From: Dehalococcoidia bacterium
GTDB lineage: Bacteria; Chloroflexota; Dehalococcoidia; Plut-88900
DNA length: 64,000 bases
Assembly (NCBI GenBank): GCA_965249275.1
Contig: CBDFLQ010000006.1
Coordinates: 224,001 to 288,000 of the forward strand
Direction of reading: 5' to 3'
Part shown: positions 41,151-50,211 of the stretch, piece after piece
How positions within the stretch are numbered: position 1 is the first letter of the stretch
Layout: each line of letters starts with the position of its first letter
The notes under the pieces: generated by a model
The model's database searches: none
The model's input: the letters and a program-made list of their open reading frames with translations, nothing else
What the model was told of the DNA's origin: nothing
Position numbers and translations under genes: made by a program

Positions 41151-42788
41151 ATGCCAGACCCGACCCCCTCCATCTTCAACCAAAATCTCGACCCCACCAC
41201 CGCCAATCACCAACCCCTCACCCCCCTCACCTTCCTCGAATGGTCGGCCACCGTTTACCCCGACAAGGCGGCGGTTATATACGGCGATACCGAGTTCACC
41301 TACCGGGAGTTCGCCCGACGCTGCCGACTCCTCGCCTCCGCCCTCTCAAAACGGGGCATAGGGCTCGGCGAGACCGTCGCCCTCATGGCCCCCAACACCC
41401 CCCCGATGCTCGAAGCCCATTACGGCGTCCCCATGACTGGCGCCGCTATCAACGGCATCAACATTCGCCTCGACGCCACCGCCGTCGCCTTCATCCTTGA
41501 ACACGGCGAGGCCCGGTTTCTCATAACCGACCGTGAATTCTCCCCCGTAGTCAGAGAAGCCCTCACCCAAGTCACACGCCCCATCACCGTAATTGACATC
41601 GACGACCCACTTGCCCCCTCGGGTGACCTCATAGGCGAAAAGGACTACGAATCCTTCCTTGAAGAGGGTGACGATAACTTCACCCCACACCCCGTCTCCG
41701 ACGAATGGGAGGCCATCGCGCTCAACTACACCTCCGGCACAACCGGCAACCCCAAGGGAGTCGTCTTCCACCATCGCGGCGCATTCCTTAACGCCATGGG
41801 CAACGCGATGATGTTTGGACTTGACAGGGACAGCGTGTACTTGTGGACTCTCCCCATGTTCCATTGCAACGGCTGGACTTACACCTGGGCTGTCACCGCC
41901 GTCGCCGGGACCCACGTCTGCCTCCGTAGAATTGACCCCGCAGTCATCTTCTCCCTGATCAAGGAGCGCCGCATAACCCACATGTGCGGTGCTCCGGTCG
42001 TCCTGGGCATGCTCATTCACGCCCCCGAGGAGGCCAAGCAGAAGTGGGATCATACCGTCGAGATTGCCACCGGGGGCGCTGCTCCCCCCAGCCCCGTCAT
42101 CGCCGCAATGGAGGGTATGGGCTTCCGAGTCACCCACCTCTATGGCCTCACCGAGACATATGGCCCGGCCAGCGTCTGCGCATGGCAGGACGACTGGCTC
42201 ACTATGCCCACCGACCAGAAAGCCTCCATGCTCTCCCGACAGGGCGTCCGCTACCCGACCCTCTCCTATCTCACTGTCGCCAACCCCGAGACTCTCGCCC
42301 CCGTCCCCGAGGACGGCCGGACCATCGGCGAAATCATGATGCGCGGCAACACGGTCATGAAGGGCTATCTCAAGAACCCCGGCGCCACAGATGAGGCTTT
42401 CGCTGGAGGATGGTTCCACTCGGGCGACTTGGCCGTCGTCCACCCCGACCACTACATCGAGATTAAGGACCGCTCCAAGGACATCATCATCTCCGGCGGC
42501 GAGAATATTTCCTCCCTGGAAGTCGAGGAGGTCTTGTACCGGCACCCCAAGGTCATGGAGGCAGCCGTCGTCGCCAAGCACGATGAAAAATGGGGCGAGA
42601 CCCCGTGCGCCTTCGTCACTCCCCGCCCCGACTCCCCGGACGTAACCGAGGATGAGCTAATCCGCTGGTGCCGAGATAACCTCGCTCACTTCAAGGCCCC
42701 CAGGAAGTTTGTCTTCGGCCCCTTGCCCAAGACCTCCACCGGAAAAATCCAGAAATTCGCGCTCCGTGAGCGCGCCAACACCCTCTAA
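41151..42788 (+). CDS. Acyl-CoA synthetase (AMP-binding; DmdB/AlkK-like subgroup)
   Basis: YTSGTTGNPKG, LPMFHCNGW, YGLTETYG, HSGDL, DRSKDIIISGGEN, PKTSTGKIQK; ATG after AAGGAG. Confidence 0.92.
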   Translation: MPDPTPSIFNQNLDPTTANHQPLTPLTFLEWSATVYPDKAAVIYGDTEFTYREFARRCRLLASALSKRGIGLGETVALMAPNTPPMLEAHYGVPMTGAAINGINIRLDATAVAFILEHGEARFLITDREFSPVVREALTQVTRPITVIDIDDPLAPSGDLIGEKDYESFLEEGDDNFTPHPVSDEWEAIALNYTSGTTGNPKGVVFHHRGAFLNAMGNAMMFGLDRDSVYLWTLPMFHCNGWTYTWAVTAVAGTHVCLRRIDPAVIFSLIKERRITHMCGAPVVLGMLIHAPEEAKQKWDHTVEIATGGAAPPSPVIAAMEGMGFRVTHLYGLTETYGPASVCAWQDDWLTMPTDQKASMLSRQGVRYPTLSYLTVANPETLAPVPEDGRTIGEIMMRGNTVMKGYLKNPGATDEAFAGGWFHSGDLAVVHPDHYIEIKDRSKDIIISGGENISSLEVEEVLYRHPKVMEAAVVAKHDEKWGETPCAFVTPRPDSPDVTEDELIRWCRDNLAHFKAPRKFVFGPLPKTSTGKIQKFALRERANTL

Positions 42789-42812
42789 ATAAGAGAAAGG
42801 ACCCTCTCATGG

Positions 42813-42943
42813 AGAGTCGTTTCACGAACCGCATTGGAGGGGTTGGGGCCGCTCGTGCTGAGGTTCTCGAAGTATGAGCGGGGGTGGCTGCCGTGTGACC
42901 TGGATAGTACGACATAGCCAATCTGCAGTTACGCTAGGGTTCA
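42813..42943 (+). mobile_element. Degenerate copy of the ~130-bp TIR element
   Basis: Internal family B hairpin and TCTGCAGTTACGC right end shared with the 47002 and 53652 copies. Confidence 0.55.
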
Positions 42944-42962
42944 GCGAAGGAGACAACGTATA

Positions 42963-43274
42963 GTGCGCATCCCCACCGATCGTGAACCAACCCACCCAGG
43001 CGAGATGTTGCTGCAAGAGTTCCTGCTGCCACTCGGCATGACCCAGCGGGACCTCGCCACCGCGATCCGTGTACCCTATCAGCGCGTCAATGAGGTCGTC
43101 CGCAAGAGACGTGGGGTCACGCCCAGCACTGCATTACGGCTTTCAAAATTCCTCGGCACGTCTCCCGACTTCTGGATGAGCCTACAACTCCGCTGGGACC
43201 TTTACCATGCCCAACGCGCCGAAGCGGATCAGATCGAAAGCATCCGGCCTAATGAAGTGGCAACCGTCCCGTAG
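42963..43274 (+). CDS. higA: HigA-family antitoxin (HTH), no cognate toxin adjacent
   Basis: PTHPGEMLLQEFL, TPSTALRLSKFLGTSPDFWMSLQ. Confidence 0.9.
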   Translation: MRIPTDREPTHPGEMLLQEFLLPLGMTQRDLATAIRVPYQRVNEVVRKRRGVTPSTALRLSKFLGTSPDFWMSLQLRWDLYHAQRAEADQIESIRPNEVATVP

Positions 43275-43332
43275 AGGGTTGTCAAATCTTACGCGCTCAG
43301 TCCTACTAGAGCGCATCAAGCGCTCCGAATCC

Positions 43333-43869
43333 CTACGCGCTCGAATACTCTCCCGAATCCAGGTCGAAGACGTGCTGCCGCCCCCCATCACCACCCAGGA
43401 CTATCGCCAAGGAGGACGGCTCGTCTCCCTCGGCCCATTGCCGGTGTATGTTCCGCGGCGAGTCATACCAGTAGCCCAGGTCTCCCCGCTCGACGTGATG
43501 GTCCGTGACAACCTGTAGAGATGCCTGTCCCGACTCATCGTCACTCACCCGCCTCCAGACCGTAAACCTCTCCCTGCCGGCTACCCCACACTCCAGACCC
43601 CACCGATAATGGCTATGGATTGGGGTAGGCTCTCCGGGAGGAAAGTTGGCCAGAACGAACTTGTACCGACCCTGTGGATCCACGTGAATTATCCTGCTGG
43701 GCAGCCCCGTGCTCCCCACCGACGCCTCGCCCTGCTTGGTTAGATCGCCGCCCTCCGCCACCAGTTTCTGCAACCGTGGCCCCATCTCCCAGATCGCTTC
43801 CACCGTCGGCCCCCGGTCGTCCAGAATACGGTCCACGTCCGCCACGAAATCGCTTACTTCATATCCCAT
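43333..43869 (-). CDS. Cysteine-dioxygenase-family (thiol dioxygenase-like) cupin
   Basis: TPIHSHYRWG...E and NIHR, i.e. HxH...H iron triad pattern. Confidence 0.7.
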   Translation of the reverse strand: MGYEVSDFVADVDRILDDRGPTVEAIWEMGPRLQKLVAEGGDLTKQGEASVGSTGLPSRIIHVDPQGRYKFVLANFPPGEPTPIHSHYRWGLECGVAGRERFTVWRRVSDDESGQASLQVVTDHHVERGDLGYWYDSPRNIHRQWAEGDEPSSLAIVLGGDGGRQHVFDLDSGEYSSA

Positions 43870-44165
43870 GTCTTCTCCCCCTCTCTTGCCTTAACAAAGT
43901 TATGTCTATAAGAGCCCGAGGCTCGCAAAATGCGGATAGTCTGTCCCAAACTAGGAGCGTAGCAATCAGTCTAGGCTCGGCCCCTGGACCCGTCAAGGAT
44001 TGGCCCGACCATTGCGAAGAGAGTATTATGGGTAAGCACTCCTGATCCGTCACGGTTTTGCTTATGGTGCAAGCTTGACCTTATGTGACATCGTGTTCGC
44101 AGGATGAGGCCCGGGCCCCGGCGGTCGCCCAGCCTCCTACGAATGAAGTCGAGGACGGGGGACAT

Positions 44166-45293
44166 ATGATCATCGGCGTGCCCAAAGAGACCAAAGACCA
44201 GGAAAACCGCGTCGCCCTGACGCCGGCCGGCGTTGCCTCTCTAACCCGCAGCTCTCACAAAGTGCTCATAGAACGCGGGGCCGGCACGGGAAGCGGCTTT
44301 TCCGACAAGGAGTATGCAGCCCAGGGCGCGACCATAGTCCGGGATGCCGAGGACATATTCTGGTCTTCGGACATGGTGGTCAAGGTAAAGGAGCCTATCG
44401 AGCCCGAGTACGAAATGCTTAGGCCGGGCGTCATCCTATTCACCTATTTGCACTTGGCCGCAGACCCTGACTTAGCCAAGTCGCTCCTCGAACATCGCGT
44501 CACCTCCCTCGCCTATGAGACCGTACAGGATGACTATCGCGGCCTTCCACTCCTCGCTCCCATGAGCGAGATTGCGGGAAGGATCTCAGTGCAGATTGGT
44601 GCCCATTTCTTGGAAAAGCAGCACGGCGGCATAGGGAAGCTTCTCGCCGGTGTGCCGGGCGTCTCGCCGGGTACCGTCACCGTTATCGGTGCCGGGATGG
44701 TCGGTTCAAACGCCGCCCTCATAGCCCTGGGCCTCGGAGCAAAGGTAATTCTTATCGACACCAACATAGGGCGGCTGCGTCAGATGGAGCAGGTACTGAG
44801 CGGCAATCTGATCACCGTTGCCGCTGGAATAGACGCCACCTCCCGAGCCGTAGCTGAAGCCGACCTCGTGATCGGCGGTGTCTTGATTCCCGGGGCCAAG
44901 GCCCCGAAGGTCGTCTCCCGGGACATGATAAGCCGCATGACGCCCGGTTCCGTCGTTATCGACGTCGCAGTCGACCAGGGCGGTTGCATTGAGACCTGTA
45001 AGCCGACAACCCACTCCGATCCAACCTTCCTGGTAGACGGCGTAGTCCACTACTGTGTAACCAACATTCCTGGCGCCGTGCCCCGTACCTCCACCGAGGC
45101 CCTCTGCAACGTTTCCTTCCCCTTCATCGAGGAAATTGCCAATCTCGGTCTGTCGGAATCTCTGGGCAGGGATCCAGTCCTTGCCAAAGGGCTCAACACC
45201 TACGAAGGCCAGGTCACAAACCGCGCCGTTGCCGACTCCCTCTCCCTCCCGTTCCAACCCCCCGAGACCCTCGGCGCGTTTTCCTCCAACTAA
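44166..45293 (+). CDS. ald: Alanine dehydrogenase
   Basis: MIIGVPKETKDQENRVALTP, KVKEP, FTYLHLA, VDQGGCIET, YCVTNIPG. Confidence 0.95.
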   Translation: MIIGVPKETKDQENRVALTPAGVASLTRSSHKVLIERGAGTGSGFSDKEYAAQGATIVRDAEDIFWSSDMVVKVKEPIEPEYEMLRPGVILFTYLHLAADPDLAKSLLEHRVTSLAYETVQDDYRGLPLLAPMSEIAGRISVQIGAHFLEKQHGGIGKLLAGVPGVSPGTVTVIGAGMVGSNAALIALGLGAKVILIDTNIGRLRQMEQVLSGNLITVAAGIDATSRAVAEADLVIGGVLIPGAKAPKVVSRDMISRMTPGSVVIDVAVDQGGCIETCKPTTHSDPTFLVDGVVHYCVTNIPGAVPRTSTEALCNVSFPFIEEIANLGLSESLGRDPVLAKGLNTYEGQVTNRAVADSLSLPFQPPETLGAFSSN

Positions 45294-45315
45294 ATCTGAA
45301 AGGCGGTACAACCGG

Positions 45316-45501
45316 ATGGCATCCAATTCCGAATTCGAGGCTCTGGCCCGCAACGCAGGTCTCGACAAGTTTCCCGGTACCCTGGACATGATTGAGCAGG
45401 TTTATGTCAGCTACAGGCAACAGCTCAACCAACTTTATTCTGTCGATCTGGATGGTGAGGAAGTTCTGACCGCCTATCAGTACCTCTACGATTCCGACTA
45501 A
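45316..45501 (+). CDS. Small (61 aa) acidic protein, putative amidase partner subunit (GatC/AtzG-like)
   Basis: ATG 45316 after AAAGG; fills the gap between ald and amidase. Confidence 0.6.
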   Translation: MASNSEFEALARNAGLDKFPGTLDMIEQVYVSYRQQLNQLYSVDLDGEEVLTAYQYLYDSD

Positions 45502-45516
45502 GGAGCATTTTTATCC

Positions 45517-46917
45517 ATGCCATCTACAGAGCTGCATTATCTGACCATCGACGAGGCCTCTAAGCTCATCCACGACCGAGAGCTATCCTCCGTTGAGCTG
45601 ACTCAAGCCCATATCGACAGGATAGACGCGCTCAACGACACCCTCCACGCCTTTCTCACCCCCACCCCCGACCTCGCACTCCAGCAAGCCGAAAACGCCG
45701 ACCGAGAAATCGCTGCAGACAATTCCCGCGGCCCCCTTCACGGCATTCCCGTCGCCCTGAAGGATCTCTGCGACACCAAGGGAATCCGCACCACCTACGG
45801 CAGCCTTGGCTTCAACGACCGCGTCCCCGACTCCGACGCAACAGTCACCGAGCGCCTGCGTGAAGCCGGTACAACAATGCTCGGCAAGCTCACGATGAGC
45901 GAACTTGCCATGATGGGCCCGCCCAGCAACGGCCCGGAAGCCCGAAACCCCTGGAATACCGCTCACGCCCCGGCCGGTTCCAGTAGCGGCTCAGGTGTAG
46001 GCGTTTCCGCCGGCCTCTGCTTCGGCGCCCTCGGCTCCGACACCGGCGGCTCCATCCGATTCCCCGCTTCCTGGAACGGCATATCCGGCATCCTGCCCTC
46101 CAATGGAAGGGTCAGCCGGGCCGGTGTCATGCCCCTCAGTTGGACCATGGACAATATTGGCCCCATGTGCCGCACGGTCGAAGATACCGCCATCATGCTG
46201 AAGGCCATCGCCGGTGCTGACCCCCGGGACCCGACCACTTCATCGGCCCCCGTCCCGGACTACCGCTCCATGCTAACCGGAGACGTGAGAGGCCTGAAAA
46301 TCGGCGTCCTGCGCAGCTATTTTGATCGACACCCCGGCGCCGTCCAGCCGGAAACTCAAGCCGCCGTAGACAAGGCTATCCTCGATCTGGGCGAAATGGG
46401 TGCGGAGGTGGTGAACGTGGAAATCCCTCACCTGGAATACACCAGTGCCGCAGGCGCCCCAATCTACATCGCCGAGGGTTACAACATCTTTCAGAAAGAC
46501 TTCCACGACCGCCCCGACAAGTTCGGAGAGACCGTCAAGGCCTTTCTTCTCGCCGGTGCCCTCTTCACCGCAAATGACTTCATCCAGGCCCAGCGAATGC
46601 GCAGCCGTCTGAAGCGGGAAGTAGAAGAACTATTCGCCCAGGTCGACCTCATCGCTGGTCCCGCCACCCTCGGTACTGCGGTCGCCATCGCAGACTTCAA
46701 CCCGATGGATCTCCTCAACTCAGTCCGCGGCGACACGTCAGTTGTCTTCAACCTCACTGGCTGCCCCTCTATTTCCGTGCCCTGCGGCTTCAGCAGCGAC
46801 GGTCTCCCCATCGGCCTCCAACTCTCAGGCCGCTACCTCGACGAGCCCACCGTCCTAAACGCCGCCTACGCCTACCAGCAGTCCAACCCCCTCCACAAAC
46901 AACACCCACCAGTCTAA
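45517..46917 (+). CDS. Amidase-signature-family enzyme (GatA/AtzE-like)
   Basis: GPLHGIPVALKD, GSSSGS, GSDTGGSIRFPA, GLPIGLQ. Confidence 0.92.
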   Translation: MPSTELHYLTIDEASKLIHDRELSSVELTQAHIDRIDALNDTLHAFLTPTPDLALQQAENADREIAADNSRGPLHGIPVALKDLCDTKGIRTTYGSLGFNDRVPDSDATVTERLREAGTTMLGKLTMSELAMMGPPSNGPEARNPWNTAHAPAGSSSGSGVGVSAGLCFGALGSDTGGSIRFPASWNGISGILPSNGRVSRAGVMPLSWTMDNIGPMCRTVEDTAIMLKAIAGADPRDPTTSSAPVPDYRSMLTGDVRGLKIGVLRSYFDRHPGAVQPETQAAVDKAILDLGEMGAEVVNVEIPHLEYTSAAGAPIYIAEGYNIFQKDFHDRPDKFGETVKAFLLAGALFTANDFIQAQRMRSRLKREVEELFAQVDLIAGPATLGTAVAIADFNPMDLLNSVRGDTSVVFNLTGCPSISVPCGFSSDGLPIGLQLSGRYLDEPTVLNAAYAYQQSNPLHKQHPPV

Positions 46918-47001
46918 ACCCTGGATGCCCCCCTCACATGGTCAACCCCAGCGGCTGCCCGACAGGCACTGGGAATAGTCCTATCCCCTCTCTCCCTTGA
47001 T

Positions 47002-47131
47002 GAGACCTTTGCATAACCTGTGTTGGGGGTGCGTGGGGCCGCTCGTGCTGAGGCTCTCGAAGTATGAGCGGGGGGTGTTAGGGCATCCGGAGGGAACAAC
47101 AGAGATGCGTCTGCAGTTACGCAAAGGTCTC
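47002..47131 (+). mobile_element. 130-bp TIR element (best-conserved copy) in loop of family D palindrome
   Basis: 16-bp TIR GAGACCTTTGCATAAC / GTTACGCAAAGGTCTC (15/16 match); flanks TTGAT/TCGAT. Confidence 0.85.
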
Positions 47132-47232
47132 TCGATGGAAGAGGGCCAGGGCCCTAGGCTCGCTGAGGAGAGTGAGGGTGCTCCCTTTCCGTCATCCCCC
47201 CTCGAGCCGGAATCCATCCCACCCCTATAACC

Positions 47233-47262
47233 CTGTCATTCCGAGGCTCCGCGAGGAATCTA
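47233..47262 (+). repeat. Family A REP-like repeat, copy 4
   Basis: Exact consensus. Confidence 0.85.
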
Positions 47263-47356
47263 CGGCGCACTTAAGCCACTCAGCCCTTGCCAACAAGGCC
47301 AACGTCAATTAGTCATTTTTGCCTTCTCGGGAATCCATCCCTTCCAATCGCCCATG

Positions 47357-47405
47357 AAACAAAGAAGGGCGGTGGTGCATGACACCACCGCCCTTTTCTT
47401 CTTTT
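47357..47405. terminator. Bidirectional intrinsic terminator between convergent transcripts
   Basis: 13-bp stem AAGGGCGGTGGTG/CACCACCGCCCTT with A-rich and T-rich flanks. Confidence 0.8.
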
Positions 47406-47421
47406 CGATGTCTACGAACGA

Positions 47422-49686
47422 CTAGGTCCCGTTGGAACTCTTCCCCTGAATCCCCTTCAGCACTACACCCGGCGACATCGGAAGCTCCCGGAACCTCACA
47501 CCCGTCGCCTTGTGGATCGCATTCGCCAGGGCCGCGAGAGCCGGCACTATGTTCGCCTCACCCGCCCCCCTCACCCCAAACGGGTGTCCGGGGTTGGCCT
47601 TTTCGACAATCACCGGCTCTATCATCGGTATATCGAGAGCTGTGGGCATCCGATAGTCCAGCAGCGTGAAATTCGCCATCTTACCGTCGTCGCCCATGAA
47701 ATACTCTTCGCTGAGAGCCCAACCAATTCCCTGGGTGGACCCACCTTGAATCTGACCTTCCACGTAGCTCGGGTGTATCGCCTTGCCCACGTCCTGGAAG
47801 GCAGTGAACTTCAATATGGCCACTTTACCCGTCTCCGGATCCACTTCAACGTCGACAATATTCGCCGAATAAGACGCCCCTGAACCGGTCGGGCTAACGT
47901 TCCCCCGACCCACAACCGGCCCCCCTGTCTGCCCGAGCTTGGAAGCCATCTCCCTGAATGTCAATCGAAGCTCGGGGTCCGACTTGTGCCTCACCGAGCC
48001 ATCTACATACTCAACCTGCTCTTCCTCCACCTCCCACAAGATCGCCGCCCTCGAAATCATCTGCCGCCTCACGTCCATCGCCGCCTCATATGCCGCAATC
48101 CCCGTCTTGTAGGTAACTCCGCTTCCCCCTGTCGGAGAGGTGAGCCCCACTTCATCCGTATCCCCAATGCTGGGGTTCACGTCTTCTACTGGTATCCCCA
48201 AGACTTCCGCAAGTTGCTGCGAAATCGAGGCCCGCGACCCGCCAATGTCCACAGCCCCTTCTACAAGACTCACCGTCCCGTCACTCAGTACGTTGGCAAT
48301 TGCACACGCTGGACCAGTGTTGTTCCGGCAGAACCCCATGCTTATGCCGCGCCCCCGGTTCTCCCCATCCAGCGGCTCGCTGTAGTGGGGGTGGGACACC
48401 ACCGCCTCCATCACTTCCTTCGCCCCGACCACCAGGTTCTTTACTCCGTCGGCCCTCCGAGTCCCCTCCGTGGCGACATTCAACATCCGAAGTTCCATGG
48501 GTTCAATGTCCAACACTTCGGCTATCTCGTCCATCAGGTTTTCGACTGCCCAAACTACATTCGGCGCCCCCGGCGCCCTGTAGGCCGCGGTCTTGGGCTT
48601 GTTGTCCACTATGTCATAGGCATCCACCAGTAGATTGTCGATTACATAGGGCGAAAAGATCGCCGCAGCCGCAGCCGCCAGTGGGGCCCCGGGAAAGGCC
48701 CCAGCCTCGAACAGGTATGTCGCCTTTGCCGCAGTAATTCGGCCTTCTTTTGTAACTCCTAGCTTGAGCGACACCTTGCTGCCGCAGCTCGGGCCCGTGC
48801 TCTCGAACACCTCGGCCCGGCTCATGGTCATCTTTACCGGCTTTCCTGATTTCTGGGACAACACGGCGGCCACCGGCTCAAGGTAGGCGCTCAGCTTCCC
48901 CCCAAACCCCCCACCGATCTCCATGGGCACAATCTTCACCTGCGAAATCGGGAGACCGAGGATTTGGGCCACCTGCTGCTGGATGAGGAAATGCCCTTGG
49001 CTGCTGCACCATATCGTCACCCGGCCGTCCGCCGACCACGAAGCCGTAGCATTCTGTGGCTCTATGTAGCCCTGGTGCACCGACTTGTTCTTGTATTCCC
49101 GCTCAATGACCAAATCCGCCTCGGCAAACCCCTTCTCAAGGTCTCCGAAAGCGTGCTGAATATGGTCCGCCACATTCGGCCCATCAATCCCGTCCCCACT
49201 TGACCCGTTCTTCGGCCAGTGTTCGTGAAGCGCCGGGGCCTCCGTTTTCAACGCTTCCTCAATATTTGTGATCCAGGGAAGCGGCTCGTACTCTACTGCA
49301 ATCAGGGCCAGCGCCTCTTCTGCGGCCAGCGCAGTCGTTGCCGCCACCGCCGCCACCGAGTGACCTTTGTAAAGCGCCTTACCCCGAGCCAATATGTTGT
49401 CCGATACCCCTTTCGGGAATATGTTGTCCCGGCTCACGGGGCCCGGGTCTGGCAGGTCCGCAGAGGTCGCCACGGCCCGCACCTCAGGATGCGCCTCCGC
49501 CTTGGAGGTGTCTATGGAAATAATGCGGGCGTGGGGGTGGGGGCTGCGGAGCACCTTGCCGTGAAGCATTCCCGGCATTCTTATGTCGGCCCCGTACTGT
49601 GCTCTCCCGATAACCTTGTCCACGCCATCGTGCCGGATGGGACGGGTCCCGATGACCTTGTACTCCGGCTTCGCAGTAGTTGTCAT
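47422..49686 (-). CDS. Xanthine-dehydrogenase-family molybdopterin-binding large subunit
   Basis: LRSPHPHARI, IGGGFGGK, AYRAPG, VEGQIQGG, DYRMPT, GVRGAGE. Confidence 0.92.
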   Translation of the reverse strand: MTTTAKPEYKVIGTRPIRHDGVDKVIGRAQYGADIRMPGMLHGKVLRSPHPHARIISIDTSKAEAHPEVRAVATSADLPDPGPVSRDNIFPKGVSDNILARGKALYKGHSVAAVAATTALAAEEALALIAVEYEPLPWITNIEEALKTEAPALHEHWPKNGSSGDGIDGPNVADHIQHAFGDLEKGFAEADLVIEREYKNKSVHQGYIEPQNATASWSADGRVTIWCSSQGHFLIQQQVAQILGLPISQVKIVPMEIGGGFGGKLSAYLEPVAAVLSQKSGKPVKMTMSRAEVFESTGPSCGSKVSLKLGVTKEGRITAAKATYLFEAGAFPGAPLAAAAAAIFSPYVIDNLLVDAYDIVDNKPKTAAYRAPGAPNVVWAVENLMDEIAEVLDIEPMELRMLNVATEGTRRADGVKNLVVGAKEVMEAVVSHPHYSEPLDGENRGRGISMGFCRNNTGPACAIANVLSDGTVSLVEGAVDIGGSRASISQQLAEVLGIPVEDVNPSIGDTDEVGLTSPTGGSGVTYKTGIAAYEAAMDVRRQMISRAAILWEVEEEQVEYVDGSVRHKSDPELRLTFREMASKLGQTGGPVVGRGNVSPTGSGASYSANIVDVEVDPETGKVAILKFTAFQDVGKAIHPSYVEGQIQGGSTQGIGWALSEEYFMGDDGKMANFTLLDYRMPTALDIPMIEPVIVEKANPGHPFGVRGAGEANIVPALAALANAIHKATGVRFRELPMSPGVVLKGIQGKSSNGT

Positions 49687-50145
49687 GTAAAAACCCTCAC
49701 TGAAAATTACGCATGTCGACCGGGTCGAAACAGCGTCACAATTCTACCACGACTCACTACCACATCCCCTCCACCATCCCACCCCCAATCCGGAGTCGAT
49801 CCAATCCCGTAGGGGCGACCAGCTGGTCGCCTTACCACGGTCTCTCGCGCCGTAAGGGCAAACCCTCGTGTATCCCTGGTACCGAGGGGCCGCTCACCCT
49901 GAGCGCCGTCGAAGGGTCGAGCGTGGGGACGGCCCACCACCGCAAATTCGTCGCGTCCCTAGAAGGCCCCCCCACCCCATCCCCTCTCCGTCATTCCGGC
50001 CGTCGAGAGCCGGAATCCATCCCCGGAGGCGGCCAGAGCGGGGCGTCCTGTCCCCTCTCCCTCAGATGGGAGAGGGCTAGAGCCTGCCCCGAGTCCCCCG
50101 AGGGGGTGAGGGTGATCCCACTTGGCCAAAAGTGACACGAACCCC

Positions 50146-50175
50146 TTGACTTGATGTGAACGTCTGTACTATATT
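50146..50175 (+). promoter_or_regulatory. Putative sigma70 promoter containing a LexA-box-like site
   Basis: TTGACT-N18-TATATT; GAAC-GTCT-GTAC at 50158-50169 in the spacer. Confidence 0.45.
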
Positions 50176-50211
50176 CACCCCCGATAGGCCAATCACCATT
50201 CTAAGATCAAA

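Noticed and set aside
41346-42581. Long antisense or alternative-frame ORFs (also 5185-6129, 31706-32845, 52526-53590, 56024-57181, 57655-58755)
   Set aside because: Shadows of well-supported genes caused by GC-rich codon bias; no domain motifs.
43870-44165. Riboswitch in the ~300-bp region upstream of ald
   Set aside because: No recognisable aptamer consensus or terminator; it is a divergent promoter region.
47422-49686. Aerobic CO dehydrogenase CoxL
   Set aside because: The active-site loop is AYRAPG, not AYXCSFR (form I) or AYRGAGR (form II), and no coxM/coxS is adjacent.
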